The notes beneath the pieces are model-generated. The model saw nothing but the letters and a program-made list of their open reading frames with translations, searched no databases and was not told the origin of the DNA. This document shows positions 31,364 to 40,276 of a DNA stretch of 64,000 bases, in pieces. The DNA is from Rickettsiales bacterium (GTDB lineage: Bacteria; Pseudomonadota; Alphaproteobacteria; Rickettsiales; UBA3002). Location: NCBI GenBank assembly GCA_028281385.1, contig JANQJY010000070.1:12158-76157 (forward strand), written 5' to 3'. Each line of letters starts with the position of its first letter. Positions within the stretch are counted from its first letter, which is position 1. Made by a program: the position numbers and the translations under genes.

Positions 31364-31908
31364 GTGCGTTTGGTAATTTCCTTCACGCCGAACTGTTTCA
31401 AATGATCATTGACGAATTGCGTATCGAGCAGGCTGTAGCCGGCGTCCTTCAGTATTTCGACCAGTGCCACCAGTGCGACTTTGCTGGCGTCGCTGACGCG
31501 TGAGAACATGCTCTCACCAAAAAACGCACCGCCAAGCGATACGCCATACAGCCCGCCAACCAGCTTATCATCTTGCCAGCTTTCGACACTGTGTGCATGT
31601 CCCATGTCGTGCAATGTGCAATAGAGCGTGATAATGTCATTATTGATCCAAGTTTCCCTGCGTGACCGATTAATCTCGGCGCAGGAGCGGATGACCTGCT
31701 CGAATGCCGTATCGGCCCGGATGGTGAAAGGATTGGCGCTTAGGGTCTTTTTCAGTCCACGCGGAATGTTGAACGTATCCAGCGGCAAGACACCACGTTT
31801 TGACGGGTTGAACCAGTAAAGCTCGGTTGAATCTCTGCTTTCGGCCATGGGGAAATAACCGGAGGCATAGGCATTAAGCAGATCATCCGTTGTAACGGTA
31901 TCACTCAC
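31225..31908 (-). CDS. aat: leucyl/phenylalanyl-tRNA--protein transferase
   Basis: 227 aa with a GTG start. It has the YASGYFPMAE and GGLYGVSLGGAFFGESMF motifs. The 3' 139 nt overlap the end of ppx convergently. Confidence 0.85.
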   Translation of the reverse strand: MSDTVTTDDLLNAYASGYFPMAESRDSTELYWFNPSKRGVLPLDTFNIPRGLKKTLSANPFTIRADTAFEQVIRSCAEINRSRRETWINNDIITLYCTLHDMGHAHSVESWQDDKLVGGLYGVSLGGAFFGESMFSRVSDASKVALVALVEILKDAGYSLLDTQFVNDHLKQFGVKEITKRTYMRRLDKALQLDPNPSSLFSTSAVRKGFAASSKTSDTSLSTTSDA

Positions 31909-32609
31909 GCCGCATCTTGTTTTTTCACCAAAGCCGGATCACCGGTGATAATGCCGCGTACACCCCAGGCTCTGGCACGTTCCACCAATGTTGCGTCATC
32001 ACAGGTCCAGGTAATTACATCCAGATTGCGCTTATGCGCGTCATCCATGAAATCCTGGGTGATGATATCGATCTTCGGCAATACGAAGGTCGAATTGGTA
32101 TATTCGCCGCAAGCGGCCAGCCCTTCCGGCATATTCTCCAAGCTCGCGCCAAGGATGATTTTGGGATATTTATGATGAATCTGCACCAGCAGTTGGTGGA
32201 AACGGGAGATCATGATCAGCTGCGTATAGTTCCAGCCTTTCTCCTGCACATAATAATTGACCAGCTTGGCGGCGGGCAAGGCGGCTTTCGGATGTTTGAC
32301 TTCGAGGAACAGGCGGGTGCGATGATCAATCTTGCGCAGCACTTCCAGCAGGGTCGGGATCGATTGGCCACCTCCGGCATCCTTGGCTTTGAGCTGATCC
32401 AGTGTCAGTTTGCCGATTTCGCCGATGCCATCTGTTGTGCGCTCAATCGTTGCATCATGGATAATCACCGGCTCACCGGTCGCGCAGCAGCGCACATCCA
32501 GTTCAATGCCGTCCACGCCATGTTCGATGCTTTTCTGCATGGTGAGCAGGGTGTTTTCCGGCCCGAAAGCTGTGCCGCCGCGATGGGCGATAACCCAGGG
32601 TTCTGCCAT
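31905..32609 (-). CDS. ugpQ: cytoplasmic glycerophosphodiester phosphodiesterase
   Basis: It begins MAEPWVIAHRGG and has ENT and a GIELDV motif, with no signal peptide. The start is set at the ATG at 32609. Confidence 0.8.
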   Translation of the reverse strand: MAEPWVIAHRGGTAFGPENTLLTMQKSIEHGVDGIELDVRCCATGEPVIIHDATIERTTDGIGEIGKLTLDQLKAKDAGGGQSIPTLLEVLRKIDHRTRLFLEVKHPKAALPAAKLVNYYVQEKGWNYTQLIMISRFHQLLVQIHHKYPKIILGASLENMPEGLAACGEYTNSTFVLPKIDIITQDFMDDAHKRNLDVITWTCDDATLVERARAWGVRGIITGDPALVKKQDAA

Positions 32610-32611
32610 AA

Positions 32612-33055
32612 TCAATTTCCTCCCAGATGATGGTGCATGGCATCAAGCGCTAGAATATAGCTGTTTGCGCCGAATCCGCAAATAATCCCTAACGCCAGCG
32701 GTGAAATATAGGAATGATGGCGGAAGCTTTCACGCGCATAAATGTTGGACAGATGCACCTCAATCACCGGAACATCTATCGCAGCAATCGCATCATGTAC
32801 GGCAACTGAGGTATGGGTAAAGGCACCGGCATTGATGATCAGCCCGTCAAAATCGCGTCCGGCCTCCTGAATCCAGGTAACGAGCTCACCTTCGTGATTG
32901 CTTTGGCGCGCATCTACTTCTATAGATAAGGCAGAGGCGTGCTCACGGCAGTGCTGATGGATGTCGTCTAGGGTATCTGAGCCGTAAATCTCCGGTTCGC
33001 GTGTGCCCAGCAGATTGAGATTGGGGCCGCCTAGAATGAGGAGTGAATGGCTCAT
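32612..33055 (-). CDS. aroQ: type II 3-dehydroquinate dehydratase
   Basis: 147 aa with LLILGGPNLNLLGTREPEIYG and HLSNIYARE motifs. Confidence 0.95.
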   Translation of the reverse strand: MSHSLLILGGPNLNLLGTREPEIYGSDTLDDIHQHCREHASALSIEVDARQSNHEGELVTWIQEAGRDFDGLIINAGAFTHTSVAVHDAIAAIDVPVIEVHLSNIYARESFRHHSYISPLALGIICGFGANSYILALDAMHHHLGGN

Positions 33056-33099
33056 AAAGATTACCCTTATGGTTTAAAAACAATGCTAAGGTACGCAAT

Positions 33100-33300
33100 A
33101 TGCAGGTGACAATCAACGGAGAAAAACAGGATTTTGACAACAACCTGTCGGTGGCAGAGTTGGTGGATGTGCTGGCGCTCGATATCCGGCAGGTGGCGAT
33201 TGAGAAAAACCGTGAAATCATTGCACGTTCGCGTTATAAGGACGCCATGCTGACTGAGGGCGATGAAATTGAAATTGTCGAATTTATCGGAGGTGGGTGA
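33100..33300 (+). CDS. thiS: sulfur carrier protein ThiS
   Basis: 66 aa ending in GG. It lies immediately upstream of thiG, and its stop abuts or overlaps the thiG start (GTG 33297 or ATG 33303). Confidence 0.85.
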   Translation: MQVTINGEKQDFDNNLSVAELVDVLALDIRQVAIEKNREIIARSRYKDAMLTEGDEIEIVEFIGGG

Positions 33301-33302
33301 GC

Positions 33303-34112
33303 ATGGCGTCTGATCCGCTCATCATTGCCGGCAGGGAATTTTCTTCGCACCTGCTGGTCGGCACCGGCAAATATAAGGATTTTGCCGAGACCAAAGCGGC
33401 GATCGAAGCCAGTGGCGCCGAGATCGTTACGGTGGCGCTGCGCCGGGTGAATCTGACTGAAAAAGGTGAGGGACGATTGCAGGATTACATCTCACCCGAT
33501 ACCTACACCTATCTGCCCAACACCGCCGGATGTTACAGCGCCGAAGAGGCGGTGCGGACCCTGCGGCTGGCACGTGAAGCGGGTGGGTGGAGCTTGGTTA
33601 AACTTGAAGTAATCGGCGATGAGCATACGCTCTATCCCGATATAGGCGAAACGTTGAAGGCAGCGGAGATACTGGTAAAAGAGGGTTTTGACGTCATGGC
33701 CTATACGACGGATGATCCGCTGGTGGCGAAAAAGCTCGAAGAAGTCGGCTGCTGTGCGGTGATGCCGCTGGCAGCGCCGATCGGCTCCGGTCTTGGGATT
33801 CAGAATCCGCTCAATATCAAACTGATTGTCGAGAATGCCTCGGTGCCAATTCTTGTCGATGCCGGTGTCGGTACGGCTTCGGATGCGGCGATTGCCATGG
33901 AACTGGGCTGTGACGGCGTGCTGATGAATACAGCGATTGCCGAAGCCGATGATCCGGTATTGATGGCCGAAGCGATGAAACATGCGGTTACTGCTGGCCG
34001 TCAGGCCTATCTCGCCGGTCGCATGCCCAGGCGCGATTATGCCGTCGCCAGTTCGCCGAAAGAAGGCAACATCACCGCCGCACGACAAAAGACACGCCCG
34101 GCAGACGGGTAG
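33303..34112 (+). CDS. thiG: thiazole synthase
   Basis: It has LLVGTGKY and KLEVIGD motifs. The ATG is at 33303, with an alternative GTG at 33297. Confidence 0.95.
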   Translation: MASDPLIIAGREFSSHLLVGTGKYKDFAETKAAIEASGAEIVTVALRRVNLTEKGEGRLQDYISPDTYTYLPNTAGCYSAEEAVRTLRLAREAGGWSLVKLEVIGDEHTLYPDIGETLKAAEILVKEGFDVMAYTTDDPLVAKKLEEVGCCAVMPLAAPIGSGLGIQNPLNIKLIVENASVPILVDAGVGTASDAAIAMELGCDGVLMNTAIAEADDPVLMAEAMKHAVTAGRQAYLAGRMPRRDYAVASSPKEGNITAARQKTRPADG

Positions 34113-34338
34113 ACAGCCCCTGTTTCGGATAATAACCAAAGCGGTTTCGCGTCGGATAATAATAGCGCGTGCCGCAATAACGCCGCCGGTATGTTTTGTT
34201 TTTGATGTAGGGATAGCAGCAGGATGGCCGGTCCTTGCCGGTAATGATAATGGTGCGTGCCTGCACGTCGTTGGCGGCTGTTATAATACCCAGCGCCAGC
34301 CCGGCACCTGCGACACAGCACAGTAGGTGGTTTTGCAT
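34072..34338 (-). CDS. small basic Tyr/Cys-rich secreted protein (hypothetical)
   Basis: 88 aa. A GGAG RBS lies about 8-11 nt upstream of the ATG. The N-terminus is signal-like and ends AANDVQA. The 3' end overlaps thiG convergently by 41 nt. Confidence 0.35.
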   Translation of the reverse strand: MQNHLLCCVAGAGLALGIITAANDVQARTIIITGKDRPSCCYPYIKNKTYRRRYCGTRYYYPTRNRFGYYPKQGLSTRLPGVSFVVRR

Positions 34339-34405
34339 GGCTTTGCTCCGTTGTTTTTCAGCTTATACGCAGCGGAAAGCAAAACCCTGCACTTATCCTG
34401 TAATA

Positions 34406-34530
34406 TATAACCACTTCACTTAACTATTCCTCGTCATCCCTGCGCAGGCAGGGATCTTCGTGCAACATGACTAAGATTCCCGCTTTCGCGGGAATGACAA
34501 GAATAAGGAAAATCAAGTGAAATGGTTATA
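34406..34530. mobile_element. MITE-like palindromic element (125 bp) with 16-bp terminal inverted repeats
   Basis: The left end tataaccacttcactt matches the reverse complement of the right end aagtgaaatggttata at 15 of 16 positions. Internal 8-bp-stem hairpins are atccctgc/gcagggat and attcccgc/gcgggaat. It abuts the virD4 stop. Confidence 0.6.
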
Positions 34531-34535
34531 GTAGA

Positions 34536-36398
34536 CTATGCTGTGGCAGGCACGCCGCCGGAGGATTCCCCGCTGGTTGATTGGTTCTCTTCTTCCGGAT
34601 CGGGCGCTTCTTCGACTTTAGTGTTCTCCTTACGTGGATCATACGGCTCCTGTATCGGCAGGTCGATCTGCGGCAGCAGACGCTTGGTGAAGGTGGAATC
34701 CTTGTAGTAGAAGATTTTTTTGCATTTGATCGGTGCGAAGGATTCGACCAGAATAATCTGTTCATCGCGCGGTAATTGGATGACTTCCTGCGGTAGCAGT
34801 AGCGCGCGCTGGGTTTCCGAAACGTGCAATGTACGTGCCGCCGGGTTGAAGTCGAGGAATTTCGGTTTGTTGTGCGATTCCTGATCGACGGTTTTATTCC
34901 CCACCAGCTGCGAGATCATATTGGCGGTTTCGATGTTGTTGGCCGAGAAGGTAACCCGGTAATAGGAGTTGGACAGGAATGAGTTCATGCCCGCTTCTTC
35001 ATAGATGCCTTTGAGTTGCTGCGTATCCTGCACAATCAGGAACAGTTTGACGCGATAGCCGCGGAAATAGGCGATACCGACCTGAAACTGCGGCATTTCA
35101 CCGAGTGAGGGGAACTCGTCCATCATAAACAACACGCCATGCGGTTCGTCATCCTTGGGCATGTTGCGCGTTAAGAAGTCGGATGCCTGCTGGTAAAATA
35201 CTTTCAACAATGGTTCCAAACGTTGCAGGTTGTCCGGTGTAACGCCGCAATAGACCGTCTGTTTTTGCTTCTTCAGGGTTTGCAGATCAAAGTCGCTGGT
35301 GGCGGTGGTGGTGTCGATCAGCGGGTTGGCCCACAGTTCCAGACCTGAGTTCATGGTTGAAATCACGCCGGAGCGTTCCTTATCGGCTTTCTGCAGAAAG
35401 GCGGCGATATTCATGTAAGCCACTGGATGGATTTTACCGCCGATAGTGTCCAGCACCACAGCCAGATTGTACACTACATCGTCCGAACGCATGGTACGCA
35501 CTACCTCGCCGAAGGAGGTGATTTTCTCCGGCACGGCGACCAGATACAGAATCACCCCGAGCAGCAGAGAACGCGCTTCATTCTGCCAGAATTCCTGCTC
35601 CGGAAGAATGAGGTTGCAGATTTTCTGTACATCATCGACCAGTTGTCCCGGTTTATCCGACAGCCAGTCAAGCGGGTTGTAACAATGGCTGACACCGTTC
35701 GGATCGGCCGGATTCCACACATAGCAGGGCTGATTCAGCTTCTGGCTGCGGTAGCCGCTGGTCAGTTCGTAATTTTCCATCTTGATGTCATGGACAATCA
35801 CCGACTCTTCCCAGAACAGCAGATTGGGAATCACAAACCCCACACCCTTACCCGAACCGGTCGGTGCGAACAGCAGAATATGCTGAAAATCATCGGCAAT
35901 CAGGTAATTTCTCGCACCAGTGCGGCCAAGCAGAATGCCTTTTTTGGCGCGCAGTTTTGCCTCGCGAATTTCTTCTTCGCTGGCCCATTTGGCATCACCA
36001 TGCAGGCTTTCTTTTTTCTTCAATGGCCGGAAATCCATCAGCGGCGCGCGGATGAAAAACAGCAATATCAGCGCAAAGATCAGTCCGCCTGCCGGCGGTC
36101 CGTAAAATTTGGAATCGAACTCGATATTGAAATAATGCTCGCGATACTGCGGATAAGGCTTGTAGTAGCTGGCGGTATCGTGAATCTGTTTGTAATTGGT
36201 CACCACGCCTTTGGGGTCGGCCATCATCTGCAGATAATCCGAAGCAGGGGGCGGCACATTGCCCTGAATCGTATACATATGTTGATGCCCCAGCACAAAA
36301 CCGATGAATACACCGAATGACACCGGAAGAAAAAGTGCCAGAAAAATAACCAGGAATACGATAAACCGGTTCAGAATATTCTGTAAGTTATCGTTCAT
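34536..36398 (-). CDS. virD4: type IV secretion coupling protein VirD4/TraG
   Basis: 620 aa with N-terminal TM helices, the Walker A APTGSGKGVGFVIPN and an acidic C-terminal tail. Confidence 0.9.
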   Translation of the reverse strand: MNDNLQNILNRFIVFLVIFLALFLPVSFGVFIGFVLGHQHMYTIQGNVPPPASDYLQMMADPKGVVTNYKQIHDTASYYKPYPQYREHYFNIEFDSKFYGPPAGGLIFALILLFFIRAPLMDFRPLKKKESLHGDAKWASEEEIREAKLRAKKGILLGRTGARNYLIADDFQHILLFAPTGSGKGVGFVIPNLLFWEESVIVHDIKMENYELTSGYRSQKLNQPCYVWNPADPNGVSHCYNPLDWLSDKPGQLVDDVQKICNLILPEQEFWQNEARSLLLGVILYLVAVPEKITSFGEVVRTMRSDDVVYNLAVVLDTIGGKIHPVAYMNIAAFLQKADKERSGVISTMNSGLELWANPLIDTTTATSDFDLQTLKKQKQTVYCGVTPDNLQRLEPLLKVFYQQASDFLTRNMPKDDEPHGVLFMMDEFPSLGEMPQFQVGIAYFRGYRVKLFLIVQDTQQLKGIYEEAGMNSFLSNSYYRVTFSANNIETANMISQLVGNKTVDQESHNKPKFLDFNPAARTLHVSETQRALLLPQEVIQLPRDEQIILVESFAPIKCKKIFYYKDSTFTKRLLPQIDLPIQEPYDPRKENTKVEEAPDPEEENQSTSGESSGGVPATA

Positions 36399-37393
36399 AT
36401 CGTGTCCAACTCCCGGAAATAGACTTCCGATACGAAGCGTTTGCCTTTCACGCCGCGTTTCAGCTGTATGATAACATTAACAATGGTCTGAACATATTCC
36501 TTTATTTCCTCGCGCTTCAGGCCAAGATTCGATTGCATGATCATTAGAATAAGCTGTTCGATCGCCAGTGGCGGTGAATCGGCGTGCAAAGTGGTGATCG
36601 AGCCCGGATGGCCGGTATTAATAGCACGCAGGTAGCTGAAGGCCTCTTTGCCGCGCAACTCGCCGACGATGATACGATCAGGCCGCAGACGAAGGCAGGC
36701 CTCGATCAAATCCTGAGTGGTGACAAGAGCCCGGCCCTGTTCACCGCGTGAGGCGACCAGGTGAACGCGGTTGGGCAGATGCTCGATATTGACTTCGCGT
36801 GCATCCTCCACCGTCAACACCCGTTCATCCAGCGGGATTTCCTTGAGTGCCGCATTCATGAAGGTCGTTTTACCGGTAGAGGTTCCGCCACTGACGATGA
36901 TGTTTTTACGCAGTTTGACGGCCTTGCTGATAAATTCACGTATGGCGCCGGCATCGAGCAGTTTACGCAGCATGATATCATCTTCATTGATTCCCTGGCG
37001 GACAATGGTGCTTTCAAAAGCGCCGATTGCTTCATATTGTTCGAGATCAAGATTGAGAACAGTTTGTTTACGGATCGACATGGCCACCGTAAAGGGTTCG
37101 CAGGCCGGAGGGAAGATCACCTGAATCCGGTAGCCGTCGGGCAATGTTGCCGATAAGAGCGGTTTTTCTTCACTGACCATCTGGTTGGTCGACTGCGCGA
37201 CCAGATGGCCGAGCGAGCGCAAATATTCAAAGTCATATTCGGGAATTTCATGGCGGACCATCTCGCCATATTTTTCAATCCAGATTTCATAGGGGCGGTT
37301 GATGGAAATTTCGGTGATACCCTCCTGCTCAAAGAACGCCTTAAGCGGTCTTAGGAAGGTTTCTAGTGCCGTTAAACTACCACTTTTTTTCAT
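36395..37393 (-). CDS. virB11: type IV secretion ATPase VirB11
   Basis: 332 aa with the Walker A SGGTSTGKTT and the GHPGSITTLHA His-box. Its stop overlaps the virD4 start by 4 nt. Confidence 0.9.
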   Translation of the reverse strand: MKKSGSLTALETFLRPLKAFFEQEGITEISINRPYEIWIEKYGEMVRHEIPEYDFEYLRSLGHLVAQSTNQMVSEEKPLLSATLPDGYRIQVIFPPACEPFTVAMSIRKQTVLNLDLEQYEAIGAFESTIVRQGINEDDIMLRKLLDAGAIREFISKAVKLRKNIIVSGGTSTGKTTFMNAALKEIPLDERVLTVEDAREVNIEHLPNRVHLVASRGEQGRALVTTQDLIEACLRLRPDRIIVGELRGKEAFSYLRAINTGHPGSITTLHADSPPLAIEQLILMIMQSNLGLKREEIKEYVQTIVNVIIQLKRGVKGKRFVSEVYFRELDTI

Positions 37394-38607
37394 TCAATAA
37401 ATCGCGTCCCTGCTGTTTGGTTCGGGAAAATAAGATCCCGTTGTAATAATACATTCACCACACTGCCCTGATCAACGATAATCGTCGGTTCGACATTAAT
37501 GAATTGTTCCAGATAACGCTCGGCAATACTGCCGAAACGCTCCAGCGATTCGATGGTCGCCTCGCTGGTAGCGGTGGTATTAGTGGTGGTGTCACCGCCG
37601 GAGGTGGTGGTGGTAATTTCATCACCGGTAATTTCATCCACTACGGCGGCGACGGCAATGCTGACAATACTGACCAGTGCTGCGCGGGAGAAAATTTGTG
37701 CGAATTTGGTATCCACCGAACCTTCGACACCGGCCTGACCGATTTGATCCACTAACGGAGAATTAACCTGAACATCCACGCCATCGGGACGAATCAGCCG
37801 TGTCCACACGACAAATACCCGTTTCTGACCGCCGAGAATCGAGGAATTATAGCGTCCGACCAGACGAGAGCCTTTGGGGATGATAGGATCGTTACCCGCT
37901 TCCGGAAATACATCGCGTGAGACAATAGCGCGGATATTTCCCGGCAGATCGGTATTGATGGCCGTCTCAAGCACAGCCTGGATCAGCCGCCCTTCCGCGA
38001 CGACGCGTCTGCGGTTGCCGATGCTGGTTGCGACAGCTTTTTCAGAGCGTGAGCTATAGACACTGGAAGCGAATTGCGAATTGGGATCATCGCCTACGGG
38101 TGTTTCACCGGTGAGGCTGTCCAGTAATCCGGGACCGCCGCCGCCGCCGGAAATCACCATGGGAGAACGAATCCGCTGACGCAGCAATTCATTGCTCGGT
38201 CCGCTGCCTCCCTGTTCAATAATGGGGGCCGGCTGAGCGGTCGGCAACTGTGGCGGGACGATGGTCAGCGGCGGAGGCGGTTCAATACCGGTCACGAGCT
38301 CGGATATCTCCGGCGCGTCTTCCTCCTGTACGATACGCGGCTCCTCGCCAAGCGGATCAACCTCATCATCGTCGGTGAAGACAAAGATGTTGAATAGCAT
38401 GAAGGTAAATACCGCTACCGCAAAGCCGAGAATAATAAACACTTTGCCCGGTGCAGAGGCGACAGACGGTGCACCCGATTCCAGAGGAGACTCGTCCGCG
38501 CTTCCCGGTCCGTAAGGATCGGGTGAGGCAAAGGGATCATCCGGTGGTGGCATGTCTCCCGGTGGCGGAGGAGGTGGAGGCGGAGGAGGTGGTGACTTAT
38601 CGGCCAT
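37390..38607 (-). CDS. virB10: type IV secretion protein VirB10
   Basis: 405 aa with a poly-Pro N-terminus, one TM helix and a C-terminal TrbI/VirB10 beta-barrel region. Confidence 0.85.
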   Translation of the reverse strand: MADKSPPPPPPPPPPPGDMPPPDDPFASPDPYGPGSADESPLESGAPSVASAPGKVFIILGFAVAVFTFMLFNIFVFTDDDEVDPLGEEPRIVQEEDAPEISELVTGIEPPPPLTIVPPQLPTAQPAPIIEQGGSGPSNELLRQRIRSPMVISGGGGGPGLLDSLTGETPVGDDPNSQFASSVYSSRSEKAVATSIGNRRRVVAEGRLIQAVLETAINTDLPGNIRAIVSRDVFPEAGNDPIIPKGSRLVGRYNSSILGGQKRVFVVWTRLIRPDGVDVQVNSPLVDQIGQAGVEGSVDTKFAQIFSRAALVSIVSIAVAAVVDEITGDEITTTTSGGDTTTNTTATSEATIESLERFGSIAERYLEQFINVEPTIIVDQGSVVNVLLQRDLIFPNQTAGTRFIE

Positions 38608-38628
38608 ATGATCCAGGTTTCACATTCG

Positions 38629-39444
38629 CTACATTAGACGGTTCATCGGATGGCTTTCGTTAAACACCGTAATGGTCTGCGAACCATGGCGGATGGAAAA
38701 ACGCGGAGCAATAGTACCCACCACGGTCAACCCTTGCGCATTGATGAATGCATCCACCGGGGTTTCTCGTCCGTCCGGCGTGACGACAAAGAAGAAAGGC
38801 ACACTACGCAAATCGCTTGGGAACAGAAAATAGGTTGCTTTTCCGTCATCGTAAATCCGTACCGGTGCCATTTCCGACGGGCCGGTAAAGGTATAGTTAT
38901 AATTGATATAGTTCGCGGCATTTGGCGCGGAGCCAAAGGTCAGTGCCGGTTCGAACACAGGTGGCGCTGGCGGCGCATGATCGGTGTAAATCGGTGGCTG
39001 GGCTGTAACGGGTTGTTCATCCGGATAAAAGAAACGTACGACATAGACCAACTCCTCATTCGGATGCAGCGGCTGGGCGTCGCTGGCGCGCAGGTCGAAT
39101 TGATACGCACGCTTATTGGTCACCACCGTCATGTTCGTATGTGCTTTTTCTTCCAGCGCCTTGATAAACAGCCGGCGCCCAGCCGGCACAATCTGCCAGG
39201 AAACGCGGTCTCCCACGGAGACGGTTTTAATCCTTTCGCTTTTGCCGAATTCGATGTTGGACTGATAGCCGTAATGGGTGAGAATACGAAACACATCATT
39301 CTCGTTATAAACAAAGGTCTTGATGCGGCTGTCGGTGACAATAGGCATATTGGCTTGTCCATAGGCCATGGTGCCTGCCGACAAAACACATATGACGACA
39401 AACAGACGGGACACATAGGACAGATAGCGTGGCAGGCAGGCCAT
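38629..39444 (-). CDS. virB9: type IV secretion protein VirB9
   Basis: 271 aa with a signal peptide and CagX/VirB9-type beta-rich sequence (YNYTFTGP..., RIYDDGKATYF). Confidence 0.85.
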   Translation of the reverse strand: MACLPRYLSYVSRLFVVICVLSAGTMAYGQANMPIVTDSRIKTFVYNENDVFRILTHYGYQSNIEFGKSERIKTVSVGDRVSWQIVPAGRRLFIKALEEKAHTNMTVVTNKRAYQFDLRASDAQPLHPNEELVYVVRFFYPDEQPVTAQPPIYTDHAPPAPPVFEPALTFGSAPNAANYINYNYTFTGPSEMAPVRIYDDGKATYFLFPSDLRSVPFFFVVTPDGRETPVDAFINAQGLTVVGTIAPRFSIRHGSQTITVFNESHPMNRLM

Positions 39445-40166
39445 TATTCGATCACCTCTTGTTCAACGGTATATTCGGTGACCAGAAAACCCAGCGGATT
39501 GAGGTAACGCTCTTTTTCATTCAGATTCAGTTTTGAATAACGGTAAGTGACGGTCACGATATTGTGATAGACCATCGGGACCGGAAAGCGTCGGCTGTCA
39601 TCCGTGAGCGTGATACGTGCCTGCGCTACTTTAATGCCGTTGGGATTATCATTCTTCTTAATAAAAACGAGCGATTTAAACTCAATAGCACGCGTACCGT
39701 CGATTTTCAGAATGGCAGCAGGACTGTCCGGATTCTGTTCGCTGATGAATTGGCGGTACTGTCCAAACACGAAAGGTTCGCTCATCACGCGGACAACATT
39801 GTAATGATCTTTGAACACGCTGGAAATAAAAGACTCGCGCGCGCGGATATATTTGGCGACAAAGTAGCGATCAATAGCTTCATCGGCGGTAAATTCTGAG
39901 CGTGTCACCGGATCGACTCGCTCGACAATGCCTGATTTTTCGTCAATCTGGATGACAAAGGGTTCGACCGATTTATGCGGTGTCAGCTGCATGACGGCAA
40001 AAACCGACATAGCGGCACCGAATAATGCCATCAGAGTAATAACCGCCAGAATATTCCGTTGTACAAGCACATATTGATATTTATCCTTGTACCAGTTTTT
40101 ACCTTCATCTCCGGCAGTATCCTTGCCGATACCGATTTTGGCGAGTAATTTTGTCAGTAATTTCAT
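39444..40166 (-). CDS. virB8: type IV secretion protein VirB8
   Basis: 240 aa bitopic protein with an NTF2-like periplasmic domain. The WYKDKYQ..TM..pattern is typical of VirB8. A TAATG junction links it to virB9. Confidence 0.85.
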   Translation of the reverse strand: MKLLTKLLAKIGIGKDTAGDEGKNWYKDKYQYVLVQRNILAVITLMALFGAAMSVFAVMQLTPHKSVEPFVIQIDEKSGIVERVDPVTRSEFTADEAIDRYFVAKYIRARESFISSVFKDHYNVVRVMSEPFVFGQYRQFISEQNPDSPAAILKIDGTRAIEFKSLVFIKKNDNPNGIKVAQARITLTDDSRRFPVPMVYHNIVTVTYRYSKLNLNEKERYLNPLGFLVTEYTVEQEVIE

Positions 40167-40276
40167 GTTTGTATAGCAATACTATGCATAGCCTTATAGC
40201 AAAGTATCATACACTATATTTGCGGGGATACGATTGCAAGAATCCTCGCCCAGATATTCAGAGGTTAGAAAAAGCA

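Noticed and set aside
31917-32630. 237-aa ORF antisense to the glycerophosphodiesterase gene
   Set aside because: The minus-strand product has clear GDPD motifs (HRGG, ENT). The plus-strand frame has none.
33056-33099. TPP riboswitch upstream of thiS
   Set aside because: Only 44 nt separate the divergent aroQ and thiS starts, and the THI-box consensus (CUGAGA...ACCUGAUCUGGAUAAUGCCAGCG) is not present.
35427-36320. 297-aa ORF antisense to virD4
   Set aside because: This is a shadow ORF inside virD4, and virD4 has its Walker motifs on the - strand.
38554-38595. GC-rich triplet-like repeat (ggtggaggcggaggaggtggtg...)
   Set aside because: It simply encodes the poly-proline N-terminal tract of VirB10. 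Proline-rich regions are a normal VirB10 feature, so this is not an independent DNA repeat element.
38650-39507. 285-aa ORF antisense to virB9
   Set aside because: This is a shadow ORF. The minus-strand protein has a signal peptide and VirB9-like sequence.
40167-40276. Hidden VirB7 lipoprotein ORF between virB6 and virB8
   Set aside because: The longest minus-strand frame is about 15 codons (MILCYKAMHSIAIQT) and has no lipobox.
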